Part shown: positions 55,868 through 64,000 of the stretch, one piece after another
Position numbering within the stretch: position 1 is the stretch's first letter
Layout of the letters: the number at the start of each line of letters is the position of its first letter
Assembly (NCBI GenBank): GCA_043803745.1
Contig: JAZDJS010000021.1
Location: 25,357-89,356 of the forward strand
Origin: an archaeon
GTDB taxonomy: Archaea > SpSt-1190 > DYHY01
Direction of reading: 5' to 3'
Length of the DNA stretch: 64,000 nucleotides
The notes under the pieces: model-generated
What the model saw: only the letters and a program-made list of their open reading frames with translations
What the model was told of the DNA's origin: nothing
Databases searched by the model: none
Program-made: the position numbers and the translations under genes

Positions 55868-56092
55868 ATGAAGGTGCGCGTGCTTGCAAGGCCGGAACGT
55901 TCCCTTGCAAGAATCGAGGCGCCGTCGGAATTCGAAAAAGCCAAGTGCGACCTTGTTGTTTCCGTAAAAAGCCCGCCGGTCGGGGGAAAGGCGAACCGGG
56001 AAATCTGCTTGCTGCTTGAGGAAAAGTTCGGCAAGAGGGCGGTTCTCGTCTCCGGAGCGCGAGGCAAGCTGAAGATTTTCGAGGTTTTGTGA
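55868..56092 (+). CDS. DUF167 (UPF0235/YggU) protein
   Basis: VKSPPVGGKANRE..LVSG..K. Confidence 0.85.
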   Translation: MKVRVLARPERSLARIEAPSEFEKAKCDLVVSVKSPPVGGKANREICLLLEEKFGKRAVLVSGARGKLKIFEVL

Positions 56093-56158
56093 GGACCTCC
56101 TGCTCTTCATCCGCTTCCGGTGGAATTGTTACCGGAAAGTTATGCCAAAAAGCCTTTA

Positions 56159-58210
56159 ATGACCTTTGAGAGCCCTCAACCCGTGGAGCTTTCGGAAATT
56201 TCCCAGCGGTTCTCTGAATTCCTTGCAAAAACCGACTATTACAAGAAGCTCGTCGAAACTGCGAGCAAGGGCGGAAGGAGCTTTTTCATAAATTTCGCGG
56301 ACCTTGAAAAGTACGACCCGGACCTTTCCGACGAGCTTCTTGAAAGGCCGCTCGAAGTCCTTCCGGAGCTCGAGTCGGCAAGTGCGCTGATGGCGCATCC
56401 GACGAAGGAGCGGATTTTCATAAGGATCTTCTCCCTCCCGGAATCGAAATATGTCAAGCTGAAGGATCTCAGGACCAAGCACCTTGGGAAGCTTGTCGAG
56501 GTGGAGGGGCTGATACGGCAGGCCTCGGAAGTCAGGCCGGAGGTGATGGAAATAACGTTCGAATGCCTCGACTGCGGGAACAGGACAACCGTCCTCCAGA
56601 CGACCCAGGTGATACGGAAGCCCGCCAAATGCATTTGCGGAAAAAGCGCCTTCAGGGAGGGGGACAAGACCTTCCGCGATCTGCAGAGCCTCAAGGTTGA
56701 GGAATCCCCCGAGAGGCTTACAGGAGGAGAACAGCCCTCCAGGATTGACGTTATACTCCAGGATGACCTTGTCGAGCCGAGCCTCCGGGAGCGTCTGACC
56801 CCGGGAAACCGGGTGAAACTCGTCGGGGTCATGAAGGAGAAGCCGGTGACGCTGAGGACGGGCGTCCGCTCCAAGATTTTCGACGTCTATCTCCAGGCAA
56901 TCTTCGTCGAGAACACGGTCCAGGAGTTCGAAAAGCTCGAGCTTACGAAGGAGGATGAGGGCAAAATCATCGAGATGAGCAAGGACCCGAAGATAAAGGA
57001 CAAGATAATCGCGTCAATTGCCCCCTCAATCTACGGGAACGAGAAAATAAAGGAGGCGATTGCCCTCCAGCTTTTCGGCGGAGTAATGAAAGTCCGCTCC
57101 GACGGAATGAAGACGCGCGGAGAAATACACATCTTTCTTGTCGGGGACCCTGGAAGCGGGAAATCCCAGCTCCTCCGGTATGTCAGCACGCTTTCCCCAA
57201 AGTCAATGTATGTGAGCGGCAAGGGGGCGACAGGGGCCGGATTGACCGCGGTTGTCGTCCGGGACGAGTTCCTCGGCGGCTGGGCTCTCGAAGCGGGAGC
57301 CGTCGTCCTCTGCAACAGGGGATTGTGCGCAATTGACGAAATGGACAAGATGGCTCCCGATGACCGGGTCGCGATGCATGAGGTGATGGAGCAGGGAACA
57401 GTCAGCATAGCGAAAGCGAACATCCACGCGAACCTGCGGGCGGAGACGTCAATCCTCGCCGCGGCAAACCCCAAGCTCTCGAGGTTCGACCCGAGGAAGG
57501 ACATAATGGAGCAGATTGACATGCCCCAGACGCTCCTTTCCAGGTTCGACCTGACCTTCATTGTGCGCGACGTCCCGAACAAGGAACGGGACGAGAACCT
57601 TGCGGACCACATCCTCCTGCTCCACAAGCAGCCGAACAGGAAGAACATGGCTCCGATTGAGACGGATTTCCTGAGGAAATACATCTCATATTCGAAGAAG
57701 AACTTCTCCCCGAAACTCACTGCCGAGGCTGTCGAGGAGATAAAGCAGTTCTACGTCGGGCTCAGGACGAAGCATGGCGGGGAATCGGAGGAACTGCAGG
57801 CAATCCCGATTAGCGCAAGGCAGCTTGAGGCAATGGTCCGGCTTTCCGAGGGCAACGCGCGCCTCAGGTTCTCGAACACCGTGACTGCCGAGGATGCCCG
57901 CCAGGCAATCGACCTCATGAGATACTGCCTTTACCAGGTCGGGTTCGACCCGGAGACCGGAAAGCTCGACATTGCGCGCCTTGAGGGCGGGGTAACCGCA
58001 ACCAAGAGGAACCGGATAAACATAGTGACCGAGTCGGTGAAGGAGCTTGAGAAGGAAAGCCAGGGCAAGTCTTTCAAGCGGCGGCTCCTGATTGAGCGCG
58101 CTGTCGGCAAGGGGGTTACCGAGGACGAGGCTAACAAGGTCGTCGAGGCTCTCCTCCGGGACGGGACGCTTTTCGCTCCGAGGGTCGATGAGATACAGAG
58201 GACGCCGTAG
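56159..58210 (+). CDS. mcm: MCM replicative helicase
   Basis: Zinc finger, GDPGSGKSQ, IDEMDKM, AAANP and SRFD motifs; no intein. Confidence 0.97.
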   Translation: MTFESPQPVELSEISQRFSEFLAKTDYYKKLVETASKGGRSFFINFADLEKYDPDLSDELLERPLEVLPELESASALMAHPTKERIFIRIFSLPESKYVKLKDLRTKHLGKLVEVEGLIRQASEVRPEVMEITFECLDCGNRTTVLQTTQVIRKPAKCICGKSAFREGDKTFRDLQSLKVEESPERLTGGEQPSRIDVILQDDLVEPSLRERLTPGNRVKLVGVMKEKPVTLRTGVRSKIFDVYLQAIFVENTVQEFEKLELTKEDEGKIIEMSKDPKIKDKIIASIAPSIYGNEKIKEAIALQLFGGVMKVRSDGMKTRGEIHIFLVGDPGSGKSQLLRYVSTLSPKSMYVSGKGATGAGLTAVVVRDEFLGGWALEAGAVVLCNRGLCAIDEMDKMAPDDRVAMHEVMEQGTVSIAKANIHANLRAETSILAAANPKLSRFDPRKDIMEQIDMPQTLLSRFDLTFIVRDVPNKERDENLADHILLLHKQPNRKNMAPIETDFLRKYISYSKKNFSPKLTAEAVEEIKQFYVGLRTKHGGESEELQAIPISARQLEAMVRLSEGNARLRFSNTVTAEDARQAIDLMRYCLYQVGFDPETGKLDIARLEGGVTATKRNRINIVTESVKELEKESQGKSFKRRLLIERAVGKGVTEDEANKVVEALLRDGTLFAPRVDEIQRTP

Positions 58211-58211
58211 G

Positions 58212-58823
58212 ATGAGCTCCAATAGTTTTTCTTTCTACACCAAAGAGCCCTTTGACCTTGGGCGGTTCGCGGAAGCTGAGCTTGTCCCAATTGGCTTTGA
58301 AAGATACGGGAGCTGGGACCTCTCTCCGGATGCAAGGGCGGCTTTTGTCGGATATTCATTCACTCCGTCCAGATATGAGGGGGGCTTGACAAGAGATGTC
58401 TGCGTGAACACTTCGCTGTATGAGAGATCGGACGGAAGAGTCGATTCCAGAATTGCCGCTGCTCGGGCTGTGCTCGGAAACCTGGAAATAAATCATCAGA
58501 TAAATCTCTGCATTTCTTCCGGAGGGATTGAAACCGGCGCGGTTTACAGGGAACTCTTGGAGGTTTTCGAGCGGGCAAGAGGGCTGCTTGGAAGGGAACT
58601 TCCGGAAGCAATAGTCGTTTCCAGCGAAATGCCTGAAGATTCCCTGATATGGGCTGCTACGCAGTTCCTTGTTGCGAACGACCGGGCGCTCGACCGTTAC
58701 AGGCGACTTGCAAAAGCCATTTCCAGTTCAAGCGGCGCCAGATATCTGGTTGCTGAAAGATTTGAAGGGGAACTTGCCGGAGGCTTGCCGGAGGCTTGCC
58801 TGAGAAACAGATTAAAAGACTGA
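58212..58823 (+). CDS. Hypothetical protein
   Basis: 203-aa ORF starting 1 bp after the mcm stop. Confidence 0.65.
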   Translation: MSSNSFSFYTKEPFDLGRFAEAELVPIGFERYGSWDLSPDARAAFVGYSFTPSRYEGGLTRDVCVNTSLYERSDGRVDSRIAAARAVLGNLEINHQINLCISSGGIETGAVYRELLEVFERARGLLGRELPEAIVVSSEMPEDSLIWAATQFLVANDRALDRYRRLAKAISSSSGARYLVAERFEGELAGGLPEACLRNRLKD

Positions 58824-58839
58824 CCGGGCGCCTTCAGAC

Positions 58840-59334
58840 ATGGAAGGAATCCTGAAAATCTCGAGGTTCGGCGGGACCGAGGAATATTCGTTCGAATCGG
58901 GGACGATTACCTTTCTGAACGGGACGGTTTCCCTGAACGTCAAGGCAGCCAAATGCGTTTCGGGGCTCGCGGACACCGCAGGCCTCAAGGCGCTCCCGAT
59001 TTACACGCTTATCTTCAAGGGAAGTCTTGAGCTGCTTTCCCCGAGGAAGGTCCTGAGATTCGGAAGCTCGGATGCGGATTCCACGTTCTATTACGTGGAA
59101 CACCAGAAGGTTGAGGAAAGCTCTCTGGAAATTTTCGAGGTTACTGACGAGGCAATCACTGCAAGGATATCCGGGACTACTGTCGACGTCAACAATTACG
59201 AAGGTTCAAAGCCTCCCGCCAAGCTGGAGATAGTCGGCAGGTTCGTGAAGCGCGAAGGGCGCCAGGGAAATAGCGGCAGGGCCCACCAAACCAATATAAA
59301 CCGCCGGGGCAAACCCGGACAATGGTTGAAATGA
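58840..59334 (+). CDS. Hypothetical beta-rich protein
   Basis: 164-aa ORF containing FYYVEHQ..DVNNYEGSKP. Confidence 0.65.
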   Translation: MEGILKISRFGGTEEYSFESGTITFLNGTVSLNVKAAKCVSGLADTAGLKALPIYTLIFKGSLELLSPRKVLRFGSSDADSTFYYVEHQKVEESSLEIFEVTDEAITARISGTTVDVNNYEGSKPPAKLEIVGRFVKREGRQGNSGRAHQTNINRRGKPGQWLK

Positions 59335-60176
59335 ATTCCTCGCTTTCTGCGGATCCGCCGGCCCAGGCCCCGCAGCCAACACAGATCCAGCCTCGGCTCG
59401 TTGCAGTGAAAACCGACCTCAGGAGCATAGTTACCGGGAACTATTTCGAGGTTTCCGGGAAATGGGAGCCCGACTATCTGATAACCCCGGACGGGGAGCG
59501 GGTCTCGCGGATAAACCTCGTTGCTTTCGTGGTCTCTTCGTATTTCTCCGAGGACGGGAACTATGGCGCAGTAACCCTCGACGACGGGACCGAGACGATC
59601 CGGCTCAAATCGTTCAAGGGGGATGTCAAGGTGCTGAAGGACCTGAAAATCGGCTCAGTCGTCAACGTGATAGGCAAGGTCCGCAAGTTCCGGGACGAGG
59701 TTTACATTTCTCCGGAAACAATCGTGCCCTCGGACCAGGACCGGGAGCTATTGAGGAAGCTGGAAATCGCCAAACGGAAGCTGAAATTGAAGAGCCTGAG
59801 GGAGCTGGTAATCCAGAACTCCCCGGAATTCGACGAGCCGCAGAAGCTCATTGAATTCATCTCGTCGAAATACGGCTTCCCGAAGGAAACGATCGAAGCT
59901 GTTCTGCTTTCGACATCGTCAACGCCGAAGCAGCCGGCTGAAATCCCGGAAAACCTTCCCGGGGATTCGGGAGATGAAACCCCGAAGGCAAGCCAGAAAG
60001 CCAAGGCATCCGTCCTCGCCTCGATTGAGAAGGCTTCCGGCCAGGGAATCGACTATTCATCGATCCTGAGGGAAACGGCGCTTTCAACACAGGATGCGGA
60101 CACTGCGATAAAGGAACTCATTGCCGAAGGGGAGATTTTCGAGCCCAGGAGCGGAAGGTTCAAGCGGCTTGTCTGA
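59322..60176 (+). CDS. RPA32/RPA2-like replication protein A subunit
   Basis: OB fold (RINLVA..LDDGTETI..VIGKVR) plus a C-terminal winged helix (GEIFEPRSG). Confidence 0.85.
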   Translation: MVEMNSSLSADPPAQAPQPTQIQPRLVAVKTDLRSIVTGNYFEVSGKWEPDYLITPDGERVSRINLVAFVVSSYFSEDGNYGAVTLDDGTETIRLKSFKGDVKVLKDLKIGSVVNVIGKVRKFRDEVYISPETIVPSDQDRELLRKLEIAKRKLKLKSLRELVIQNSPEFDEPQKLIEFISSKYGFPKETIEAVLLSTSSTPKQPAEIPENLPGDSGDETPKASQKAKASVLASIEKASGQGIDYSSILRETALSTQDADTAIKELIAEGEIFEPRSGRFKRLV

Positions 60177-60234
60177 GGGGCTTGTCCGAGGGCTTGCCCA
60201 GTTTTATAAACCGGCTTGGGCGGCAAACTCAGGT

Positions 60235-60675
60235 ATGGTTTCGGCAAAAGATGGAAAAGGATCGTTCTACTCATATGAGGAAATGCTTGCGCGGGCCAAA
60301 AGCCTCCTGCCGAAGACAACCGGGACTGAGGTCCTCTTCCAGATTCCGAAAGCCGACGTAGTGATCGAAGGCTCGAAAACTCTGATCAGGAACTACCTTG
60401 AGCTCTGCGACATTCTCCAGAGGAAGCCCGAGCATTTCCTCAAGTTCCTAAACAGGGAGCTTGCAACACCAGGGATGATTGAGGGGACGCGCCTCGTCCT
60501 CAAGGGGAAGCTCGGCTATTCGCTGATAACCCAGAGGGTTGAGGAATATGTCAAGGAGTTCGTCTTCTGTCCCGCATGCGGGCGGCACGAGACAACGCTG
60601 ATCAAGGAAGACCGGCTCACGATGATGAAATGCAACGCTTGCGGTGCCGTGAATTCTGTAAGAGCAATAGCATAA
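60235..60675 (+). CDS. eif2b: Translation initiation factor aIF-2 beta
   Basis: YEEMLARA, RELATPG and CPACGRHET..CNACGA motifs. Confidence 0.93.
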   Translation: MVSAKDGKGSFYSYEEMLARAKSLLPKTTGTEVLFQIPKADVVIEGSKTLIRNYLELCDILQRKPEHFLKFLNRELATPGMIEGTRLVLKGKLGYSLITQRVEEYVKEFVFCPACGRHETTLIKEDRLTMMKCNACGAVNSVRAIA

Positions 60676-60801
60676 ACGGCATCTGGAGTGTTGGCGGAAG
60701 GGGCGGTCAACTCGGTTCGCGCAATTGCATAACGCGCAGACTATCTGAGGGGGTTCTGGAGGAGCCTCAAACTGAGGGGGAAACTTCCCCCGCGGTTCGG
60801 G

Positions 60802-62160
60802 TCAGAAGCCGAACCAGACTATTGCAGTTGAAACCAGGACCAGCAAGGAAACAAGGAGCGCGGCAACGAGCGCAAGCAAAAGGTAGGAGTTCTTTCCCGC
60901 AGAGGGAAGGAAGAAAATCCCTCCTGCGAAAACGACGAGCGCAACAAGCTGCCCTATCGGGAAGAACTTGTCAGTCATCTGGTAGACCTTAGCCCAGATG
61001 CTCGTCTCGATTTTTATTTCCTCGGCCGGGAATGCGTGGCCGGGATATTTGTTTCCGCGGGCGTCGCTATAGTTCGCAAACCCCGCCGGAACTACGACCT
61101 TGTCTCCGGAAACAAGGGAAACCGCGGAAAGCTTCTTCTCCTCATTGCCTGGAAGCGTCAGCGCGGAAACTATTGCCGACTTCTCAACGTTGCCAGGAAC
61201 GCCCTGGCTAATGCTGATGAGCGATTCGGCCGTCCCGCGGTTCTTGAGTTCGATTGTCACCTCGAGAAGGGCCTGAAGCTCGCCAACCTCGGTCCGCCTC
61301 CACTTGAGCTCGACGGTGCGCTTGGCTGAAACGTCAGCCTTTGAAAGGAAGACGAGAAGCGGGAATTCGGCGCGCCCGACCTTGCCAAAGGAATCCTTCC
61401 AGGTTGCAGTATAGTTTAGGTCGAGAGCGCCCTCGGTGAAGTTTTCGCCAAGTGCCGGGGCGCGGAAAACGGCGACAACCCCCTGGCTTTCTCCCGAGCG
61501 AAGAGTGCCGATTGCTGAGGAAACCCTTCCGGAAGTGAGGTTCCACCCCGCCGGGGAGGGGAGGTGAAGGGAGACTTCCTCTGCCGGAAGCGCCCCGGAG
61601 TTTCTTACCGAGACCCCGACCTTGAAAAGGGAGCCTGGAAGAAGGTAGGGCTGGAGAACCTCCACACCGTCGACTTCCTTGATGCTTATCGTCAGATTTA
61701 GGAGCGCCCGCCCGACATAGAAAACCCCGTCGATTTCGTTCGAGGCCCTTGACTCTGGCAGGCCGTCCTCGCTGTAATAGTAGAGCTTTGCCGGATGGAA
61801 AACGACCTTCTGTCCGGCTCCGACTGCGACAGCAGAGTATTCTATTGTGAAATTGTTCGCCTCATAGCCGAAGGGGCAAAAGACTGTTCCGGAGGAGAAC
61901 GAACAGGAAGGCGGAAGGTTTATCGGCGAGAACTCCGGAGGCAGCGGGTCCTCGAGCCGGTCAAGCTTGACTGGTGCGCTTGAAAGGACTGAAACGCGCA
62001 CATTCACCCGTTCCCCGAAATCTACAGTCGAGTTCGTGCCGAAAACCCCCTTTGAAACCGACAGCAGGGAAAGCCCGGGGGAAAGAACCAGGAGGAGAAC
62101 CGCTACTGAAGCGCAAATTAAACTTGCCGGCAGAAGAGCGGATTTTTTCAGGTAAACCAT
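60802..62160 (-). CDS. Surface protein with Ig-like domains and a C-terminal membrane anchor
   Basis: N-terminal hydrophobic signal, repeated V.V.N.G beta-sandwich motifs and two C-terminal TM helices. Confidence 0.7.
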   Translation of the reverse strand: MVYLKKSALLPASLICASVAVLLLVLSPGLSLLSVSKGVFGTNSTVDFGERVNVRVSVLSSAPVKLDRLEDPLPPEFSPINLPPSCSFSSGTVFCPFGYEANNFTIEYSAVAVGAGQKVVFHPAKLYYYSEDGLPESRASNEIDGVFYVGRALLNLTISIKEVDGVEVLQPYLLPGSLFKVGVSVRNSGALPAEEVSLHLPSPAGWNLTSGRVSSAIGTLRSGESQGVVAVFRAPALGENFTEGALDLNYTATWKDSFGKVGRAEFPLLVFLSKADVSAKRTVELKWRRTEVGELQALLEVTIELKNRGTAESLISISQGVPGNVEKSAIVSALTLPGNEEKKLSAVSLVSGDKVVVPAGFANYSDARGNKYPGHAFPAEEIKIETSIWAKVYQMTDKFFPIGQLVALVVFAGGIFFLPSAGKNSYLLLALVAALLVSLLVLVSTAIVWFGF

Positions 62161-62203
62161 GTTTTTTATACCGGGCCATCCGTCTAAATAGTTAACTCCC
62201 AAA

Positions 62204-62551
62204 ATGGCTGAAAAAAAAGACGGCGCAATCTGCTTCAAGCTGCACTGCTCGGGTACTGAGCGGATTCTTGCAATTTCAGATTCGGAACTGGTCGGGCAGA
62301 CCTTCATCGTTGAAAAGACCGGAGCCAAAATAGGAATTTCGGCGGAGTTCTATGGGAATGAGGAGGGCTCTCCCGGGGAACTGGAAGCCGCCCTTAGGGC
62401 TGCAACCAGCGTCAACCTCATTGGCTCGAAAGCGCTGAAGGCGGCCGGCTTTCCGGAGAAATCCGCGACAATCCTTGCTTGTCCGGGAAAAAATATTCCG
62501 CACATCCAGGCGGTTTTCGTCAGCCTGGCGGAGGACCGTGAGGGACCGTGA
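62204..62551 (+). CDS. DUF424 family protein
   Basis: LAISDSELVG..FYG..ATSVNLIG..IPHIQ. Confidence 0.85.
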   Translation: MAEKKDGAICFKLHCSGTERILAISDSELVGQTFIVEKTGAKIGISAEFYGNEEGSPGELEAALRAATSVNLIGSKALKAAGFPEKSATILACPGKNIPHIQAVFVSLAEDREGP

Positions 62552-63120
62552 GCTCTCTGACAAATCCGTTCTGCTCCGTCTGCGGCAATGCGGGGACTTT
62601 CCCGGGAAACATCTGCCCGGAATGCCGGGAAAAGGACAGCACGCCCCTGCCGTTCCACAAGGAAAAGGAGGAGAAGATTGTCCGGTTCTGCAAAAGCTGC
62701 AAGAGGGTGAAGCTCAAGAAAAGGTGGGCTCTCGTGAACAGGGAAAACCTTCCGACCCACTACAAGTTCACGAAATCCCTCTGCCCGGACTGTTACAAGG
62801 AAAGCAGGGAATATTACTCGACAATACTCAGGTTCCAGGAAGAGGGATTCTCCCCGGAAAGGGAGAAGTTGATCAATCGGACCGTTGCCTCGGTCCTCGA
62901 AGAGGAAAACGGACGGGGGAAGAAGACCGCGCTGACCAAAGTTGACGGGGGCGGGAGGGATTTCTACTTCACCCACATCTCGACTGCGCGCCTTGCTGCG
63001 AAGAAGCTTGCAAAAGCCGCGCGCGTCCAGGTGAGGGCGGACGCCCATCTTTTCGGCTATGACGCAAGCGCGGGCAAGGGCAAGTTCAAGGTCTCGATTC
63101 TTGTCAAGTTCCTCGAGTGA
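62548..63120 (+). CDS. NMD3-related ribosome biogenesis protein
   Basis: FCxxCG..CxxC..CxxC..LCxxC..YYSTILRF and RDFYF motifs. Confidence 0.8.
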   Translation: MSSLTNPFCSVCGNAGTFPGNICPECREKDSTPLPFHKEKEEKIVRFCKSCKRVKLKKRWALVNRENLPTHYKFTKSLCPDCYKESREYYSTILRFQEEGFSPEREKLINRTVASVLEEENGRGKKTALTKVDGGGRDFYFTHISTARLAAKKLAKAARVQVRADAHLFGYDASAGKGKFKVSILVKFLE

Positions 63121-63161
63121 GCGCATTCCGAATTAAGCAGGGCGTCTTGGAAGAAACGACG

Positions 63162-63218
63162 AGGGTTTTGAACTACCCCGGCCTAAAGGCCGGAAGATTT
63201 AAGCGGAAAGGGTTAAAA
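63162..63218. mobile_element. Solo IS200/IS605-end-like hairpin next to the aIF-1A promoter
   Basis: TGAACTACCCCGGCCTAAAGGCCGG followed by AGATTTAAGCGGAAAGGGTTAAAA. Confidence 0.5.
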
Positions 63219-63243
63219 GCCGGCAAATTGCCTTCTTGCTGCA

Positions 63244-63570
63244 ATGGGTGACGACCGTAAAAGGGTTCCACTTTCACTTGAGGAGGAAATAGCAAGAACC
63301 CAGCTTCCCTCGGGGGACGAAAGTTTCGGGATTGTCGAGCAGAGGCTCGGATACAGCAAAATGTATGTGCGCTGCCTTGACAACAAGGTGCGGATCGGGA
63401 GGATTCCCGGGAAATATGCGAGGCGGCTCTGGGTGCGGGAGAACGACCTGGTCCTCCTAAAACCTTGGCCTGTCCAGGCTGACAAGAAGTGCGACCTTAT
63501 TTACAGATATTCCCGCACGCAGTGGGACTGGCTCGTCAAGAAGGGAAGGGTTCCCGCAGACTTCAGGTAA
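63244..63570 (+). CDS. eif1a: Translation initiation factor aIF-1A
   Basis: GIVEQRLG..VRCLD..RIPGK..LWVREND..PW..YRY. Confidence 0.95.
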   Translation: MGDDRKRVPLSLEEEIARTQLPSGDESFGIVEQRLGYSKMYVRCLDNKVRIGRIPGKYARRLWVRENDLVLLKPWPVQADKKCDLIYRYSRTQWDWLVKKGRVPADFR

Positions 63571-63572
63571 TC

Positions 63573-64000
63573 ATGTCCAACCTCAGGGATGACTTCGAGG
63601 AAACTCCGGAAAAGGAGCTTGAAGAGGCGCGGAGGAAAATGAGGGGGCGAACTCCTGAAAGAACCACCGGCAAGCCGTGGAACCGCGGGAATGAGGGCGT
63701 TTTCCAGAGCGTTTTTGGCAAACAGACGCTCCTGACCCTTTACAAGCTCGCCAATGACGGCAACTTCACCGAGCTTTACGGGGAATTCAACAGCGGAAAG
63801 GAAGCGAATGTTTTCGTTGGCAAGGATTCTGCGGGAAGGTTTGTTGCAGTAAAGATCTACCGGATTGAGGCATCGGACTTTGGAAACATGATTCCGTATC
63901 TCAAGGGCGACCCGCGCTTCGAAAATGTCGGGCCGTCGAAAAGGGAAATAGTCTTCGCCTGGACGAAAAAGGAATTTTCGAACCTTTCCAAGTTCGAGGG
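63573..64000 (+). CDS. rio1: RIO1 kinase (partial, runs off the window)
   Basis: SGKEANVF, AVKIYR, YLKGDPRF and WTKKEFSNL motifs. Confidence 0.92.
   Translation, partial: MSNLRDDFEETPEKELEEARRKMRGRTPERTTGKPWNRGNEGVFQSVFGKQTLLTLYKLANDGNFTELYGEFNSGKEANVFVGKDSAGRFVAVKIYRIEASDFGNMIPYLKGDPRFENVGPSKREIVFAWTKKEFSNLSKFE

Noticed and set aside
56159-58210. Intein in MCM
   Set aside because: The length is normal and the motifs are contiguous.
60172-60752. TCTGAGGGG 9-mer recurring near gene ends and in the tRNA units
   Set aside because: Too short to distinguish from chance without genome-wide counts.

Overview
This window comes from the chromosome of an archaeon, most likely a DPANN lineage. The evidence is archaeal FEN1, Orc1/Cdc6, MCM, RPA32, DnaG, aIF-1A, aIF-2beta, NMD3, RIO1 and S26e, plus grpE-dnaK-dnaJ, a DUF87 HerA-like ATPase, an R15P isomerase and an intron-containing tRNA-Ile(UAU). 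Housekeeping genes alternate with divergent enzyme-fold genes: a Lon-like protein, an arginase-like protein, a kinase-like protein, a nucleotidyltransferase and a Cys-less glutamine amidotransferase. The main candidates for novelty are: (1) an HD-GYP phosphohydrolase fused to a CitG-like domain; (2) three tRNA genes whose 3' ends are re-created after short 64-82 bp units, two of them exact tandem duplications; (3) IS200/IS605-end-like hairpin elements with no transposase, and structured intergenic RNA candidates; (4) a tRNA-Ile(UAU) / NcsA-TtuA / IleRS neighbourhood; (5) a rhomboid protease with a long coiled-coil insert. dnaG carries a +1 frameshift in a G5 run. All family calls come from motif recognition by eye; no searches were run.
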